Shown one piece after another: positions 1 to 11,029 of a DNA stretch of 62,407 nucleotides. The DNA is taken from NCBI GenBank assembly GCA_026646335.1, contig JAPKFY010000001.1, positions 1 through 62,407 of the forward strand, written 5' to 3'. The notes under the pieces were generated by a model that searched no databases, was not told the origin of the DNA, and saw only the letters and a program-made list of their open reading frames with translations. Each line of letters starts with the position of its first letter. Position 1 is the first letter of the stretch. Source of the stretch: Aequorivita sp. (lineage in GTDB: Bacteria; Bacteroidota; Bacteroidia; Flavobacteriales; Flavobacteriaceae). The translations under genes were made by a program, and so were the position numbers.

Positions 1-90
1 AAACTGGATTCGGCCACGCCGCGCAGCGTCTCTATCAGCGTCGGCTCGATGCGCTGGTTAAAGAACTCAAGGTCGTCCGCGCAGTTCTCC
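1..90 (-). other. Foreign high-GC fragment, probably part of an asparagine-tRNA ligase gene (likely chimeric contig end)
   Basis: Much more GC-rich than the rest of the window; one minus frame reads ENCADDLEFFNQRIEPTLIETLRGVAESS, resembling internal AsnRS sequence. Confidence 0.55.
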
Positions 91-543
91 AAAAGATAGT
101 GGATGATGTTTCGGCTCTTTGTTGCGTAAAGCAAAGGGAATGGCTTTTTCTAACAGGTCATACGCTTTATGATGCTGCCCGGCATCGTCATAAATCCAAC
201 CCATTTCTGTAATAGCTTCAACAACAAAATGAGGGGAAGCGTTATTCTTTACTTCTTGGGTAAGTGCTTCGGCCTTTTTTATCGCCAGCTTTTTGTCGCC
301 GTTATTTAACTTAAAACTACCTTCAAACTGGATGTAATTATAAAGGCTGTCGAATATTTTTTTGGTGCGATAATAGGTAAGGTTTTTTGATACTTCCGTG
401 CGGGCTTTTGCAAGTGAATCCTGTTCAATTAAGGTTTGGATCTCTTTTACGGGCATAATTTTTTCTTGTGGATACATTGTAAACACAGAAAGAAAAATAA
501 TGATGTGTGGTAAGGAAGAAAATATCCGATGTTTGAACTTCAT
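67..543 (-). CDS. N-terminal part of an exported TPR-containing protein, truncated by the junction near position 90
   Basis: Signal-peptide-like N-terminus, TPR-like helices (EMGWIYDDAGQHHKAYDLLEKA); the last codons fall in the high-GC fragment. Confidence 0.55.
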   Translation of the reverse strand: MKFKHRIFSSLPHIIIFLSVFTMYPQEKIMPVKEIQTLIEQDSLAKARTEVSKNLTYYRTKKIFDSLYNYIQFEGSFKLNNGDKKLAIKKAEALTQEVKNNASPHFVVEAITEMGWIYDDAGQHHKAYDLLEKAIPFALRNKEPKHHPLSFGELRGRP

Positions 544-864
544 AAATGAAAAACCTCAAAAATAAGTGAATGTTTCAGGGGATATTTTGAAGAAAGATAC
601 AAATTATTTTTGATTGGCAAATTTCAAATAAAGCTATTGTGCTATGAAATCACTTCAATTTTGTTCCTCATATTCCATCCAAGTTTGGTTATTGATGTTT
701 TAATCCTGGTTGTGGGATCCTAGAGTGAATGGGCATTTTTCACGTATTCACCATCGCAGCCTTGTTCAAAAGTATTTTCAGAAGTTTCAAAACCTGAATA
801 GGCTATGCATACCCCAGTAACCTCCGTAATACGACTTAAGGTGTCGTCAATTTTTCTGAAAAAT

Positions 865-2256
865 TTACTCAACAACTATTTTAGTCGTTGCGAGCAATTG
901 CCCTTTATTTTTTAGATGAAGAAAATAAATACCCGAAGAGAGGTTTTCTTTTTCAAAAGAATTAGTTTCTTCTGAAAACCTTTTGATGTGTTTGATTTTC
1001 TGACCAAGCATATTGTATATTGAAACTGAAAGCTCATCGTATTGGGAATTTGTATCAGGTGAAGAAAAATAAATCTCAGAAGAATCCTTTACCGGATTGG
1101 GATACACATAAAAATCAACCGGGCTGTCATCAAAATCAGTTACTCCCAAAAGAATGGTTTCAACTTTCAAAACAATGCTGTTGTTATTGCAGATAACATC
1201 AAAAAAGTAAATATCAAAAGGCCCGAAAGGAGCAGAAACCTGTGTGGGAAAATCGCAACTGTTTATACCGTTTGAGGCGGTTAAAATAGTAAATTCATCC
1301 CCTAAATCTGGGCCATATCCCAATGTAACGGCAATGTCACCTTGTAAATCTGGGGTTCCAAAAATTTCAACCATATCATTTTCTGATGGGCCGTTAATAT
1401 CAATTTCCAATATCCCGGGAGCTGAAAGGTTTACGTTGTTTACCATTTCCAGCGTTCCTACTACAGCGTCACTTCCAGGTCTAATTTTTCCGGAATTTGT
1501 GAAATTGGAAGTTAAGTCGAAAGCGCCAGTTCCAGTGAGGATACCATCTTCGGTATTGTTAAAATTTTGCGAGCCAACCAAAATCAAAAAAGTTTGGTTC
1601 TCGCCCACATCCATAATGCTATAATTGTTAATGTCTAAAACTAAATAAAAAGTGCCACCAGTTCCATTTGGAAAAGGCAGCTTTATCAGAGTCCCGAAGT
1701 TATTCAATGTTACATCGTCACTCGTGTTTTCAAGAAAACCACCGTTGCTTAAAATGTTTATTTCGGCATCAGTATTATTGTTCATTACAACGGTGTCGTG
1801 AAAATGGACCACCCCAGAATCCTCAACAAGAACTATATTATTATTTTCCAGGTTTATACTGCCAATGTCTTTGGTTTCGGTAGAATTAAAAAGAAAAGTG
1901 CCGTTGTTAAATATTGTTCCACCACCTTGCAAAAACCCTTTTTCAAAACGAAGTGTTGCTTCGGTTTCAACTGTAAAATTTCCAGAAAACGTCAAATTAT
2001 TTTTTATGAGAAGCTGCGTTGTGGATTGTATTGAAATTGTATTTGCAAATGCTGGCTGGCCTAAAATTTCAGGAAAGAACCCGCTTGGGATAAGCACATC
2101 GCTATTTGCATCGGGAACCGTTGCAACGTCCCAATTAGCGGGGTTAGACCACTCCGAATCACTGCCAGCGCCACCTGTCCAAATATGGCTTTGTGAAAAA
2201 ACAGTGTTAAAAGAGAAAATTAATGAAAGGACGAATAACAGTAGTATATTTTTCAT
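865..2256 (-). CDS. T9SS type A sorting domain protein with beta-helix/passenger-like repeats
   Basis: Signal peptide, WTGG..SEWSNPANW motif, C-terminal VYPNP...IYNMLGQ...LSSGIYFL...KIVVE domain. Confidence 0.8.
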   Translation of the reverse strand: MKNILLLFVLSLIFSFNTVFSQSHIWTGGAGSDSEWSNPANWDVATVPDANSDVLIPSGFFPEILGQPAFANTISIQSTTQLLIKNNLTFSGNFTVETEATLRFEKGFLQGGGTIFNNGTFLFNSTETKDIGSINLENNNIVLVEDSGVVHFHDTVVMNNNTDAEINILSNGGFLENTSDDVTLNNFGTLIKLPFPNGTGGTFYLVLDINNYSIMDVGENQTFLILVGSQNFNNTEDGILTGTGAFDLTSNFTNSGKIRPGSDAVVGTLEMVNNVNLSAPGILEIDINGPSENDMVEIFGTPDLQGDIAVTLGYGPDLGDEFTILTASNGINSCDFPTQVSAPFGPFDIYFFDVICNNNSIVLKVETILLGVTDFDDSPVDFYVYPNPVKDSSEIYFSSPDTNSQYDELSVSIYNMLGQKIKHIKRFSEETNSFEKENLSSGIYFLHLKNKGQLLATTKIVVE

Positions 2257-2427
2257 TTTTAAGTATTTATTATTGTAAGGTACTAAAAATGTGTTTTTTA
2301 AGAGAGTTTAAGAATGCTTTATTTATGTTTAATTTATCAAACGGTTTTTATTAAAAGTGTATCTTTGCGCTATAAAAGCTGTTTTATCGTTAAAAACTGT
2401 ATTTTTAATATTAGAAAGAATTAAAAT

Positions 2428-3366
2428 ATGCACGGCCCCCTCTTTTACTCAAAAATTTTACTTTTCGGTGAATATGGAATCATTAAAGATTCCAAAGGAC
2501 TTTCCATTCCGTACAATTTTTATAACGGTGCTTTAAAAATTGATACCCATCACACCATTTCCACACACAAATCAAACGCCAGTCTTAAAAGGTTTACGGA
2601 ATATTTAGAAACGCTTCAAACAGAAAATCCAAAATTGGTTTCTTTTGATATGGAAGCGCTTAAAAAAGATGTTGAAAGCGGACTGTATTTTGACAGCAGC
2701 ATTCCGCAAGGGTACGGAGTAGGCAGTAGTGGCGCGTTGGTTGCAGCCATTTACGATAAATATGCAAAGGATAAAATTACGGTTCTTGAAAACCTTACCC
2801 GCGAAAAACTGCTAAAACTGAAAGCTGTTTTCGCCGAAATGGAATCCTTTTTTCACGGAAAATCCTCAGGTCTCGATCCTTTGAACAGTTATTTGAGTCT
2901 TCCCATTTTAATCAATTCCAAAGACAATATTGAACCAGCGGGAATCCCTTCGCAAACCGAGAACGGAAAAGGTGCCGTGTTTTTATTGGACAGTGGCAGC
3001 ACTGGCGAAACCGCGCCCATGGTCCAGATTTTTATGGAAAATATGAAGCAGGAAGGTTTCCGTAATATGCTGAAGGATCAATTCACCAAGCATACGGACG
3101 CCTGTGTAGAGGATTTCCTGCAAGGCGACGTAAAATCACTTTTTGGGAATATCAAACAACTTTCAAAAGTGGTTTTGGACAATTTTAAACCTATGATTCC
3201 CGCGCAATTTCACAAACTTTGGAAGAAGGGAATTGACAGCAATGCTTACTATTTAAAACTTTGCGGTTCCGGTGGAGGCGGCTATATGCTTGGCTTTACA
3301 GAGGATATTGATAAAGCCCGCAAAGCCTTGAAAGATTATAAACTGGAAGTGGTTTATAATTTTTAG
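2428..3366 (+). CDS. Mevalonate kinase (GHMP kinase family)
   Basis: KILLFGEY, SSIPQGYGVGSSGA, SSGLDP and KLCGSGGGG motifs. Confidence 0.85.
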   Translation: MHGPLFYSKILLFGEYGIIKDSKGLSIPYNFYNGALKIDTHHTISTHKSNASLKRFTEYLETLQTENPKLVSFDMEALKKDVESGLYFDSSIPQGYGVGSSGALVAAIYDKYAKDKITVLENLTREKLLKLKAVFAEMESFFHGKSSGLDPLNSYLSLPILINSKDNIEPAGIPSQTENGKGAVFLLDSGSTGETAPMVQIFMENMKQEGFRNMLKDQFTKHTDACVEDFLQGDVKSLFGNIKQLSKVVLDNFKPMIPAQFHKLWKKGIDSNAYYLKLCGSGGGGYMLGFTEDIDKARKALKDYKLEVVYNF

Positions 3367-3429
3367 AATCGCTTTTTCTTAAGGCATTTCTACAATAATT
3401 ATTAGATTGCAGTTAATTAAAGATGCTTC

Positions 3430-4878
3430 ATGCTTTTCAACTCCATTGATTTTGCAATCTTTCTGCCTATTGTCTTTCTGCTTTATTGGTTTGTCGCCAA
3501 TAAAAATCTAAAACTTCAGAATTTTCTTTTATTGGTCGCCAGCTATGTTTTTTATGCTTGGTGGGATTGGCGGTTCCTTTCGTTAATTGTTTTTAGCTCT
3601 GCGGTAGATTATTTGGTTGGGATTGGCCTGTCAAAAACCGAAAAGCATCAAAAGCGAAAAGCACTTTTAATGCTCAGTATTTTCGTAAACCTTGGTTTTC
3701 TAGGCTTCTTTAAATATTTCAATTTCTTTTCTGAAAGCTTTGCGGATGCATTTACGCTGTTGGGCCATCCGTTTGAAGCATCGCGCTTGAATATCATTCT
3801 TCCTGTGGGAATCAGCTTTTATACATTTCAAACAATGAGCTATTCCATAGACGTGTACAGACGTAAAATGGAACCTACAAAAGACGTCATTGCCTTCTTT
3901 TCATTCGTCAGTTTTTTTCCGCAGTTGGTTGCGGGACCCATTGAAAGGGCTTCCAATCTTTTGCCGCAGTTTTTCAAAAAAAGAAAGTTCGATTATGCTG
4001 TGGCAATGGATGGCCTTCGACAAATACTTTGGGGACTGTTCAAAAAGATGGTAATTGCAGACAACTGCGCGCAATTTGTGAATTTGGCTTTCAACAATCC
4101 ACAGGATTATACCGCCAGTACGTTGGCAATTGGCGTGGTATTTTTTGCCTTTCAGATTTACGGTGACTTTTCTGGATATTCAGATATTGCCATCGGGACG
4201 GCCAAGCTTTTTGGGTTCAACTTGATGAAGAATTTTTCATACCCGTACTTTTCAAGGGATATTGCCGAGTTTTGGAGGCGTTGGCATATATCATTATCCA
4301 CGTGGTTTCGGGATTACCTCTATATCCCTTTGGGAGGAAGTAGAGGCAGTAATTGGTTGAAAGTCCGTAACATATTCATCATTTTTATTGTGAGCGGGTT
4401 TTGGCATGGTGCCAATTGGACTTTTATTTTTTGGGGCGCTTTGAATGCACTGTATTTTCTTCCCCTTTTATTGTTGAAACGAAACAGACAGCATATTGAA
4501 GTAGTGGCAAAAGATAGATTTTTGCCAAGCGTGACAGATTTCTTCAAGATACTTTTAACCTTCACAATCACTTGTTTTGCTTGGATTTTCTTTAGAGCAA
4601 ATTCACTTAGCAGTGCGTTTGAATATATTTCATTGCTTTTTTCGCAATCTATTTTTGAAGTGCCCAATTTTTTGGCGCTAAACAAAGTATATGTTTTGTC
4701 CTTTTTGATTGTAGGGTTTTTGATGTTGGAGTGGAAAGGAAGGGAGACGAATTACGCTCTTGAAAGCTTTGGCGAATCTTGGCCAAAGCCTTTGAAATAT
4801 GCTTTTTATTACAGTTTGGCAATGCTCATCTTTTTCTTTGGCGGAAAGGAACAGGCCTTTATATATTTTCAATTTTAA
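3430..4878 (+). CDS. MBOAT family O-acyltransferase (AlgI/DltB-like)
   Basis: LPVGISFYTFQ, FFPQLVAGPIERA, FWRRWHISLSTW and SGFWHGANW motifs; multiple TM segments. Confidence 0.92.
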   Translation: MLFNSIDFAIFLPIVFLLYWFVANKNLKLQNFLLLVASYVFYAWWDWRFLSLIVFSSAVDYLVGIGLSKTEKHQKRKALLMLSIFVNLGFLGFFKYFNFFSESFADAFTLLGHPFEASRLNIILPVGISFYTFQTMSYSIDVYRRKMEPTKDVIAFFSFVSFFPQLVAGPIERASNLLPQFFKKRKFDYAVAMDGLRQILWGLFKKMVIADNCAQFVNLAFNNPQDYTASTLAIGVVFFAFQIYGDFSGYSDIAIGTAKLFGFNLMKNFSYPYFSRDIAEFWRRWHISLSTWFRDYLYIPLGGSRGSNWLKVRNIFIIFIVSGFWHGANWTFIFWGALNALYFLPLLLLKRNRQHIEVVAKDRFLPSVTDFFKILLTFTITCFAWIFFRANSLSSAFEYISLLFSQSIFEVPNFLALNKVYVLSFLIVGFLMLEWKGRETNYALESFGESWPKPLKYAFYYSLAMLIFFFGGKEQAFIYFQF

Positions 4879-4883
4879 TAAGG

Positions 4884-5780
4884 ATGAAAAAATTTTTGAT
4901 AGAATCTTCATTGTTTTCCGTTGCAATTATCGCTTCGGTTTACTTTGTATTTCTGCAAGCCGATGGCAAGAGCGATCCTTTTTATTCCCGAACCACAACG
5001 CCAAAGCAATCCTCACTTATACTGGGAAGTTCAAAAGCCGCACAGGGATTGCTGCCGGAAGTGTTAAAGCCTTATTTACAAAAAAATATTTATAATTTTT
5101 CCTTTACCGTGGCGCACAGTCCTTTTGGGCCAGCATATCTCAGCGCTATTGAAAAGAAATTAGAGCCACAAGCAAAGGATGGCGTTTTTGTTATTACGGT
5201 AGATCCGTGGAGCATTTCCAGTGACGGAATTGACCCCAATGATGAAAGTCAATTTGGCGAATCAAGATCATTTATGGCTACAACGCCTTCCTTTAGTGCT
5301 AAACCAAATGTTTCATATCTATTGAACAGTTTCAGCGATAATTACATTAAAATTCTGTTGAATTTTTCCTTGATGGAAGTTCATAGCGATGGTTGGCTGG
5401 AAGTATTTCCACCGATGGACTCCTCGGCGGTGAAAAACAGGATTGCTAGTAATATTGTAGAGCAAGAATTAAAATTGAAAAATTATAGGTTTTCAGAAAC
5501 ACGTTTTGAGTATTTAAAAAGAACCATTGAAACATTGAAAAGCCATGGAAAAGTATATTTAATAAAACTTCCTGTGGATTATAGAATTGCGGAAATTGAA
5601 GCAAAACTGGTTCCCGATTTTGATGCCAAAATTGAAGAATTGGCAAAAACAGCGTCCGTGCCTTATTTAAATTTAATGAATTCCGATACAAAGTTTACCT
5701 TTACGGATGGTATCCATCTTTATAAGGATTCGGCAAAAGAAGTGTCTGCTGAAGTAGGGAGATGGATTTCGAAGCAGTAA
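4884..5780 (+). CDS. SGNH-like partner of the MBOAT (AlgJ/DltD-like)
   Basis: Likely ATG at 4884; N-terminal membrane anchor, ILGSS and D-G-I-H motifs; directly follows the MBOAT gene. Confidence 0.65.
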   Translation: MKKFLIESSLFSVAIIASVYFVFLQADGKSDPFYSRTTTPKQSSLILGSSKAAQGLLPEVLKPYLQKNIYNFSFTVAHSPFGPAYLSAIEKKLEPQAKDGVFVITVDPWSISSDGIDPNDESQFGESRSFMATTPSFSAKPNVSYLLNSFSDNYIKILLNFSLMEVHSDGWLEVFPPMDSSAVKNRIASNIVEQELKLKNYRFSETRFEYLKRTIETLKSHGKVYLIKLPVDYRIAEIEAKLVPDFDAKIEELAKTASVPYLNLMNSDTKFTFTDGIHLYKDSAKEVSAEVGRWISKQ

Positions 5781-5805
5781 AAAACTAATTACTTGTCAAT
5801 AAAAT

Positions 5806-6717
5806 ATGTTGAACCGAAAACAAAAACTCTTCCTATTAAAGTTTTTCAGCCTGTTTTCTGTGGTCCGCGGCTACAACATTCTCATTATTGTAATAGCGCA
5901 ATACCTTACCAGTATTTACATTTTAGCTCCAGACTTGCCCGTGCGTCAGGTTTTGTTTGATGTGAATTTATTGATGTTGGTATTGGCTTCGTCATCTGCA
6001 ATCGCTGGAGGTTACATCATAAACAGTTTTTACGACAGCGAAAAAGATTTAATAAACAGACCCCGAAAAACGATGTTGGACAAGCTCGTGAGCCAACGCA
6101 CAAAGCTTTCAGCTTATTTTGTGCTCAACTTTTTGTCGGTCATTTTTGCGAGCTATGTTTCCTTTAAAGCAGTGCTGTTTTTTTCTATTTATATTTTTTT
6201 CCTTTGGTTTTATTCACACAAGCTCAAAAAATATCCTTTTATTGGAAACATTACGGCAGCCATACTCGCGGTGGTTCCGTTTTTTGCGATTTTTGTGCAT
6301 TACGCAAATTTTGATGTCGTGATATTTGTGCATGCAACATTTCTATTTTTGTTAATTTCTATGCGCGAATTGGTAAAAGACCTCGAAAACCTAAAAGGCG
6401 ATTTGGCGCTTGGCTACAATACAATCCCTGTGGTTTATGGCGAAAAAACCTCGAAAAGGATGCTGACGGTTTTAAGCGTTTTAACGCTTGTGCCAATCAT
6501 TTTGCTCATCACAAAATTTAAGGATGAAATTGGCTATATGGATTACTATTTTTATGCAAGTATCCTCGGATTGGTCGTGTTTCTTGTGGTTCTTTGGTAT
6601 TCAAATAATAAAATACACTATATTATTTTACACAATATTTTGAAGTTTGCCATCGTCATCGGTGTTTTCAGCATCGTCCTCATTCACGTGAATTTATTGC
6701 TTCACCGCTTTTTTTGA
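5806..6717 (+). CDS. UbiA family prenyltransferase (DGGGP synthase-like)
   Basis: YIINSFYDSEKDLINRP and RELVKDLE motifs; many TM helices. Confidence 0.85.
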   Translation: MLNRKQKLFLLKFFSLFSVVRGYNILIIVIAQYLTSIYILAPDLPVRQVLFDVNLLMLVLASSSAIAGGYIINSFYDSEKDLINRPRKTMLDKLVSQRTKLSAYFVLNFLSVIFASYVSFKAVLFFSIYIFFLWFYSHKLKKYPFIGNITAAILAVVPFFAIFVHYANFDVVIFVHATFLFLLISMRELVKDLENLKGDLALGYNTIPVVYGEKTSKRMLTVLSVLTLVPIILLITKFKDEIGYMDYYFYASILGLVVFLVVLWYSNNKIHYIILHNILKFAIVIGVFSIVLIHVNLLLHRFF

Positions 6718-6743
6718 AACTTGCTTTTTCTACCCTCTACCCA

Positions 6744-7292
6744 CTAAAGACAACCAACTTTTCCAAGCTTCACAAACAGATCCCAAACCACAACGCCCAC
6801 GCTTACTGAAATGTTCAACGAATGTTTTGTTCCGAATTGCGGAATTTCAATCACCGCATCACTGGCGGTAACCACTTTTTGTTGCACGCCTTTAACTTCA
6901 TTGCCGAAAACTACCGCATACGTCATTTCATTTTTTATCGAAAAATCGTTGAGGTTAACGGCCTGCTCTGCCTGCTCAATGGAAGCTACAAACACTCCTT
7001 CGCTTTGCAATTTGGCAATTACTTCCATAATATTTTCGGCATATTCCCAATCCACACTGTCTGTTGCGCCCAAAGCGGTTTTTTGGATGTCTTTGTGCGG
7101 TGGCTTCGCTGTAATACCGCAGAGATAAATTTTCTTAACCAAAAAAGCATCGGCAGTACGGAAAACGGAACCGATATTGTTCAAGCTGCGGATGTTATCC
7201 AGAATAATAATTAGCGGCGTTTTTTCCGAAGCTTTGTATTCTTCAGGGTTGATGCGGTCCAGTTCGCTGTTTTTTAGTTTTCGGTATTTCAT
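6744..7292 (-). CDS. TrmH/SpoU family RNA methyltransferase
   Basis: LDNIRSLNNIGSVFRTAD, FGNEVKG and IPQFG.KHSLNIS motifs. Confidence 0.9.
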   Translation of the reverse strand: MKYRKLKNSELDRINPEEYKASEKTPLIIILDNIRSLNNIGSVFRTADAFLVKKIYLCGITAKPPHKDIQKTALGATDSVDWEYAENIMEVIAKLQSEGVFVASIEQAEQAVNLNDFSIKNEMTYAVVFGNEVKGVQQKVVTASDAVIEIPQFGTKHSLNISVSVGVVVWDLFVKLGKVGCL

Positions 7293-7300
7293 AAGGGTGC

Positions 7301-7328
7301 AAAGTTAAAAGTTAAAAGTTAAAAGTTA
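7301..7328. repeat. Heptamer tandem repeat (AAAGTTA)x4
   Basis: Read directly between the SpoU gene and mutS. Confidence 0.85.
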
Positions 7329-7480
7329 TTGGGTTATTAGGTTATTTCATTGTGAAACTCTGTTCCTCTTTATGTAACAACTTCTATGGAATTGTTGATA
7401 AAACACAATAATTCACAATCACTTCATTTTAAAGAAAAGAGCATTTTCGTTACATTTATCGATTAAAGATTTTTTGAGAT

Positions 7481-10096
7481 ATGGCGACGAAGGAAACCCC
7501 GTTAATGAAGCAGTACAACACGATTAAAGCGAAGTATCCAGATGCTTTGCTGCTCTTCCGTGTGGGCGATTTCTATGAAACTTTCGGGGAAGATGCCATT
7601 CGCGCCGCAGGAATCTTGAACATTACACTTACCGCCCGAAACAATGGCGGGGACAATGTGGAACTCGCTGGTTTTCCACACCATTCTTTAAATACATATT
7701 TGCCAAAATTGGTAATGGCAGGTTGTCGGGTTGCTATCTGCGACCAACTGGAAGATCCAAAAATGACCAAAACCATCGTAAAGCGAGGGGTTACTGAGTT
7801 GATTACGCCGGGAGTTGCTTTTAATGACGATATATTACAGTCAAAGTCGAACAACTTTTTGGCGGCAGTTCACTTCGGTTCAAAGAATTTGGGAGTTTCC
7901 TTTTTGGATGTATCCACGGGCGAATTCTTGGTTTCTGAGGGTTCTGCGGAATATGTTGATAAATTACTGCAGAATTTCAACCCTTCGGAAGTGCTATTTT
8001 CAAAACAGAAGCGAAAGCTTTTTTCTGAAACTTTCGGTGCTAATTATCATGTTTTTCATTTGGAAGATTGGATTTTTCAAACCGATTATTCTTTTGAAAC
8101 CCTCACAAAACACTTCGACGTAAAAAATCTAAAAGGGTTTGGCGTGGATCATTTGGAGGAAGGTATTATCGCCGCTGGCGCTGCGCTTCATTATTTAAGT
8201 GAAACGCGGCACACCAAGTTGCAGCATATTTCACGTTTGTCGCGAATTGCCGAGGATGAATATGTTTGGATGGACCGTTTTACCATTCGCAATTTAGAGC
8301 TGTACCATTCAAATCAACAGAATGCAGTGACACTTTTAGATGTGATAGATAAAACCATTTCGCCAATGGGCGGACGTCTTTTGAAACGCTGGATGGCGCT
8401 TCCGCTTAAAAATGCCGAAAAGATAAATCGCCGTCATGAAGTTGTGAGTTTTCTTTTGGACAATCCAGTTACTTTGGAAAAAACACAGCAATACACCAAA
8501 CGCATTGGCGATTTGGAACGGCTTATTTCAAAAGTGGCGACGGCGAAAGTGAATCCACGCGAGGTAATTCAGCTTAAAAATTCGTTGGAAGCCGTGGTTC
8601 CGATAAAAGCATTGGCGATGAATTCCAAAAACGAATCGTTGAAAATAATTGGCGAACAATTGCACGATTGCGAATTGCTTCGGAATAAAATAAAAGAGAC
8701 CCTTTTTGAGGAAGCGCCCGTAAATATTTTAAAAGGAAATTCAATAGCAGAAGGATTTTCAGAATCACTTGACGAGCTTCGGAATATCTCAGCAAACGGA
8801 AAGGAATATCTGGATGAAATGCTGGAACGCGAAACCAAGCGCACCGGAATTTCTTCCCTTAAAATTGCATCAAATAACGTTTTTGGATATTACATAGAAG
8901 TTCGAAATACCCATAAAGACAAGGTTCCACCAGAATGGATCCGCAAACAGACACTTGTAAGTGCTGAAAGGTATATTACGGAAGAATTAAAGGAATACGA
9001 AACCAAAATTCTTGGTGCTGAAGAAAAAATTCTCGCTTTGGAACAGGAAATTTTTGCAAAGCTTGTGGAGTGGATGCTTCAGTTTATTGGTTCTGTTCAG
9101 CAAAATGCAGCTTTGATCGCACAGTTGGATTGTTTGTGCTCGTTTGCTACACAAGCCAAAGAAGCAAATTACACGCGACCATTGCTGGATGATACTTTTG
9201 ATTTGGATATAAAGGAAGGTCGCCATCCTGTGATTGAAAAACAACTTCCACCAGACGCTCCCTATATTGCAAACGATGTTTTTCTAGATCGCGACAACCA
9301 GCAAATCATTATGATTACTGGGCCGAACATGAGCGGTAAGTCTGCCATTCTTCGGCAAACGGCTTTGATAGTTTTGTTGGCGCAGATGGGCAGTTTTGTT
9401 CCTGCTTCAGCGGTGCGGATGGGCTGTGTGGACAAGATTTTTACGCGCGTTGGTGCGAGCGATAACATTTCGATGGGTGAATCTACTTTTATGGTAGAGA
9501 TGAACGAGACGGCGAGTATTCTAAACAATCTTTCAGAGCGGAGTTTGATTCTTTTGGATGAAATTGGCCGTGGAACAAGTACGTATGACGGAATATCTAT
9601 TGCTTGGGCCATCAGCGAATACTTGCACGAACATCCTTCCCGTGGAAAAACGCTTTTTGCGACACATTACCACGAGTTGAATGAAATGACCGAAACTTTT
9701 GAACGAATCAAAAATTATAATGTTTCGGTAAAGGAATTGAAAGACAATGTGCTTTTCCTTCGGAAATTGGTGCCTGGCGGAAGTCACCACAGTTTCGGAA
9801 TCCACGTTGCAAAAATGGCCGGAATGCCACAAGCTGTCCTTCTGCGAGCAAATAAAATTCTGAAAAGGCTCGAAAAGAGCCACGCATCAGAAGAATTGAC
9901 CGATAAAATGAAAGCTGTTTCCAAAGAAGAGATGCAGCTGAGCTTTTTTAAACTGGACGATCCACTGCTGGAAGAACTACGGGAAGAGATCCTGGGGATT
10001 GATATTGACACACTTACACCCGTGGAGGCATTGATGAAACTCAATGAAATTCGGCGGATGTTGCAGCGGAATGCAACAGTTAAATTGAAAAAGTAA
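7481..10096 (+). CDS. mutS: DNA mismatch repair protein MutS
   Basis: TPLMKQY..GDFYE N-terminus, Walker [17 protein letters not shown] and DEIGRGT motifs. Confidence 0.97.
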   Translation: MATKETPLMKQYNTIKAKYPDALLLFRVGDFYETFGEDAIRAAGILNITLTARNNGGDNVELAGFPHHSLNTYLPKLVMAGCRVAICDQLEDPKMTKTIVKRGVTELITPGVAFNDDILQSKSNNFLAAVHFGSKNLGVSFLDVSTGEFLVSEGSAEYVDKLLQNFNPSEVLFSKQKRKLFSETFGANYHVFHLEDWIFQTDYSFETLTKHFDVKNLKGFGVDHLEEGIIAAGAALHYLSETRHTKLQHISRLSRIAEDEYVWMDRFTIRNLELYHSNQQNAVTLLDVIDKTISPMGGRLLKRWMALPLKNAEKINRRHEVVSFLLDNPVTLEKTQQYTKRIGDLERLISKVATAKVNPREVIQLKNSLEAVVPIKALAMNSKNESLKIIGEQLHDCELLRNKIKETLFEEAPVNILKGNSIAEGFSESLDELRNISANGKEYLDEMLERETKRTGISSLKIASNNVFGYYIEVRNTHKDKVPPEWIRKQTLVSAERYITEELKEYETKILGAEEKILALEQEIFAKLVEWMLQFIGSVQQNAALIAQLDCLCSFATQAKEANYTRPLLDDTFDLDIKEGRHPVIEKQLPPDAPYIANDVFLDRDNQQIIMITGPNMSGKSAILRQTALIVLLAQMGSFVPASAVRMGCVDKIFTRVGASDNISMGESTFMVEMNETASILNNLSERSLILLDEIGRGTSTYDGISIAWAISEYLHEHPSRGKTLFATHYHELNEMTETFERIKNYNVSVKELKDNVLFLRKLVPGGSHHSFGIHVAKMAGMPQAVLLRANKILKRLEKSHASEELTDKMKAVSKEEMQLSFFKLDDPLLEELREEILGIDIDTLTPVEALMKLNEIRRMLQRNATVKLKK

Positions 10097-10194
10097 AATT
10101 CAACAATAATTTATCAAAAAAGACTTTGCTTTTGAAGTAAAATTTTTAAATTTGCTCCCGCTTTGAATATGAAGCAACGTTCATTAATTATTCT

Positions 10195-10267
10195 GCGAAA
10201 ATAGCTCAGTTGGTAGAGCGCCACCTTGCCAAGGTGGAGGTCGCGGGTTCGAATCCCGTTTTTCGCT
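10195..10267 (+). tRNA. tRNA-Gly(GCC)
   Basis: GCGAAAA/TTTTCGC acceptor stem, AGTTGGTA D-loop, anticodon loop TTGCCAA, GGTTCGAATCC T-arm. Confidence 0.95.
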
Positions 10268-10288
10268 CAGATTGCGAGAACCTTTTTT

Positions 10289-10331
10289 AGGTCGCGGGTT
10301 CCCCCGAAGCATCGGGGCCGTTTTTCGCTCA
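10289..10331 (+). other. Duplicated 3' half of tRNA-Gly with a palindromic insert in the T-loop
   Basis: AGGTCGCGGGTTC and CCGTTTTTCGCTCA match the tRNA; GAATC is replaced by CCCCGAAGCATCGGGG. Confidence 0.7.
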
Positions 10332-10422
10332 ACCTTTAATGCCGATGCAATTCGGCATTTTTTGTTAAGTCCAAGTTGTAATAGACAACTTCAGTACTGC
10401 AAACATTAAATGCAGTGGTAAT

Positions 10423-10506
10423 GCTGATGTGGTGGAATTGGTAGACACGCCGGACTTAAAATCCTGTGACCATTTGGTCGTGCGGGTTCAAGTCCCGCCA
10501 TCAGTA
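10423..10506 (+). tRNA. tRNA-Leu(TAA)
   Basis: GCTGATG/CATCAGT stem, GGAATTGGTAGAC D-arm, CTTAAAA anticodon loop, long variable arm, GGTTCAAGTCC. Confidence 0.95.
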
Positions 10507-10576
10507 CAAAAAGCTTCTTCTTTAGTGGGGGAGCTTTTTTTTAAAGCAGTTTTTCTAAATAATAATTTACCAGTAT

Positions 10577-10609
10577 AAAAAAAGCCCTTTCAATTTTGAA
10601 AGGGCTTTT
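10577..10609. terminator. Bidirectional intrinsic terminator
   Basis: AAAAAAGCCCTTTCAA-T-TTTGAAAGGGCTTTTT hairpin after the small lipoprotein gene. Confidence 0.7.
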
Positions 10610-10632
10610 TGTTTTTTAGCAAAAGAATTTGC

Positions 10633-10872
10633 TTATTGACCGTCAGTAGCGTCTTTTACAGCTTCTTTAGTGTCATCAGCAGCTTGCTCAACAGCTTCGC
10701 CGGCATCTTCCATAGCGTCTTCAGTTGCTTCAGCAGCTTCTTCAATTGCGTTTTCAGTTTCATTTACAACTGTTTCAGCAGTTTCTTCAGCGTTTTCAGT
10801 AGTAGTCTCTCTGCAAGAGTAAACAGAAGCAACCAATGCAAGAGCGGCAAGTGATAAAAAGATTTTTTTCAT
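10633..10872 (-). CDS. Small acidic lipoprotein
   Basis: Signal peptide with lipobox YSC followed by RE; Glu/Ala-rich tail. Confidence 0.8.
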   Translation of the reverse strand: MKKIFLSLAALALVASVYSCRETTTENAEETAETVVNETENAIEEAAEATEDAMEDAGEAVEQAADDTKEAVKDATDGQ

Positions 10873-10975
10873 TGTAGAAATAGATTAGTGATTAATAGTC
10901 TGCAAAAGTAATTAAAATTTTGATTGTGTATCATTTATATGTTTTTTTTTTGATGCATTAGCAAATATTTTTTCG

Positions 10976-11008
10976 GGAAATTATCCATTATTTCTTTGGA
11001 ATATTTCC
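10976..11008. promoter_or_regulatory. Two GGA-N5-TCC boxes (Bacteroidetes non-canonical LexA SOS-box type)
   Basis: GGAAATTATCC at 10976-10986 and GGAATATTTCC at 10998-11008, just upstream of the S24 repressor. Confidence 0.65.
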
Positions 11009-11029
11009 AAAATAGCTTAATTTTAAAGC

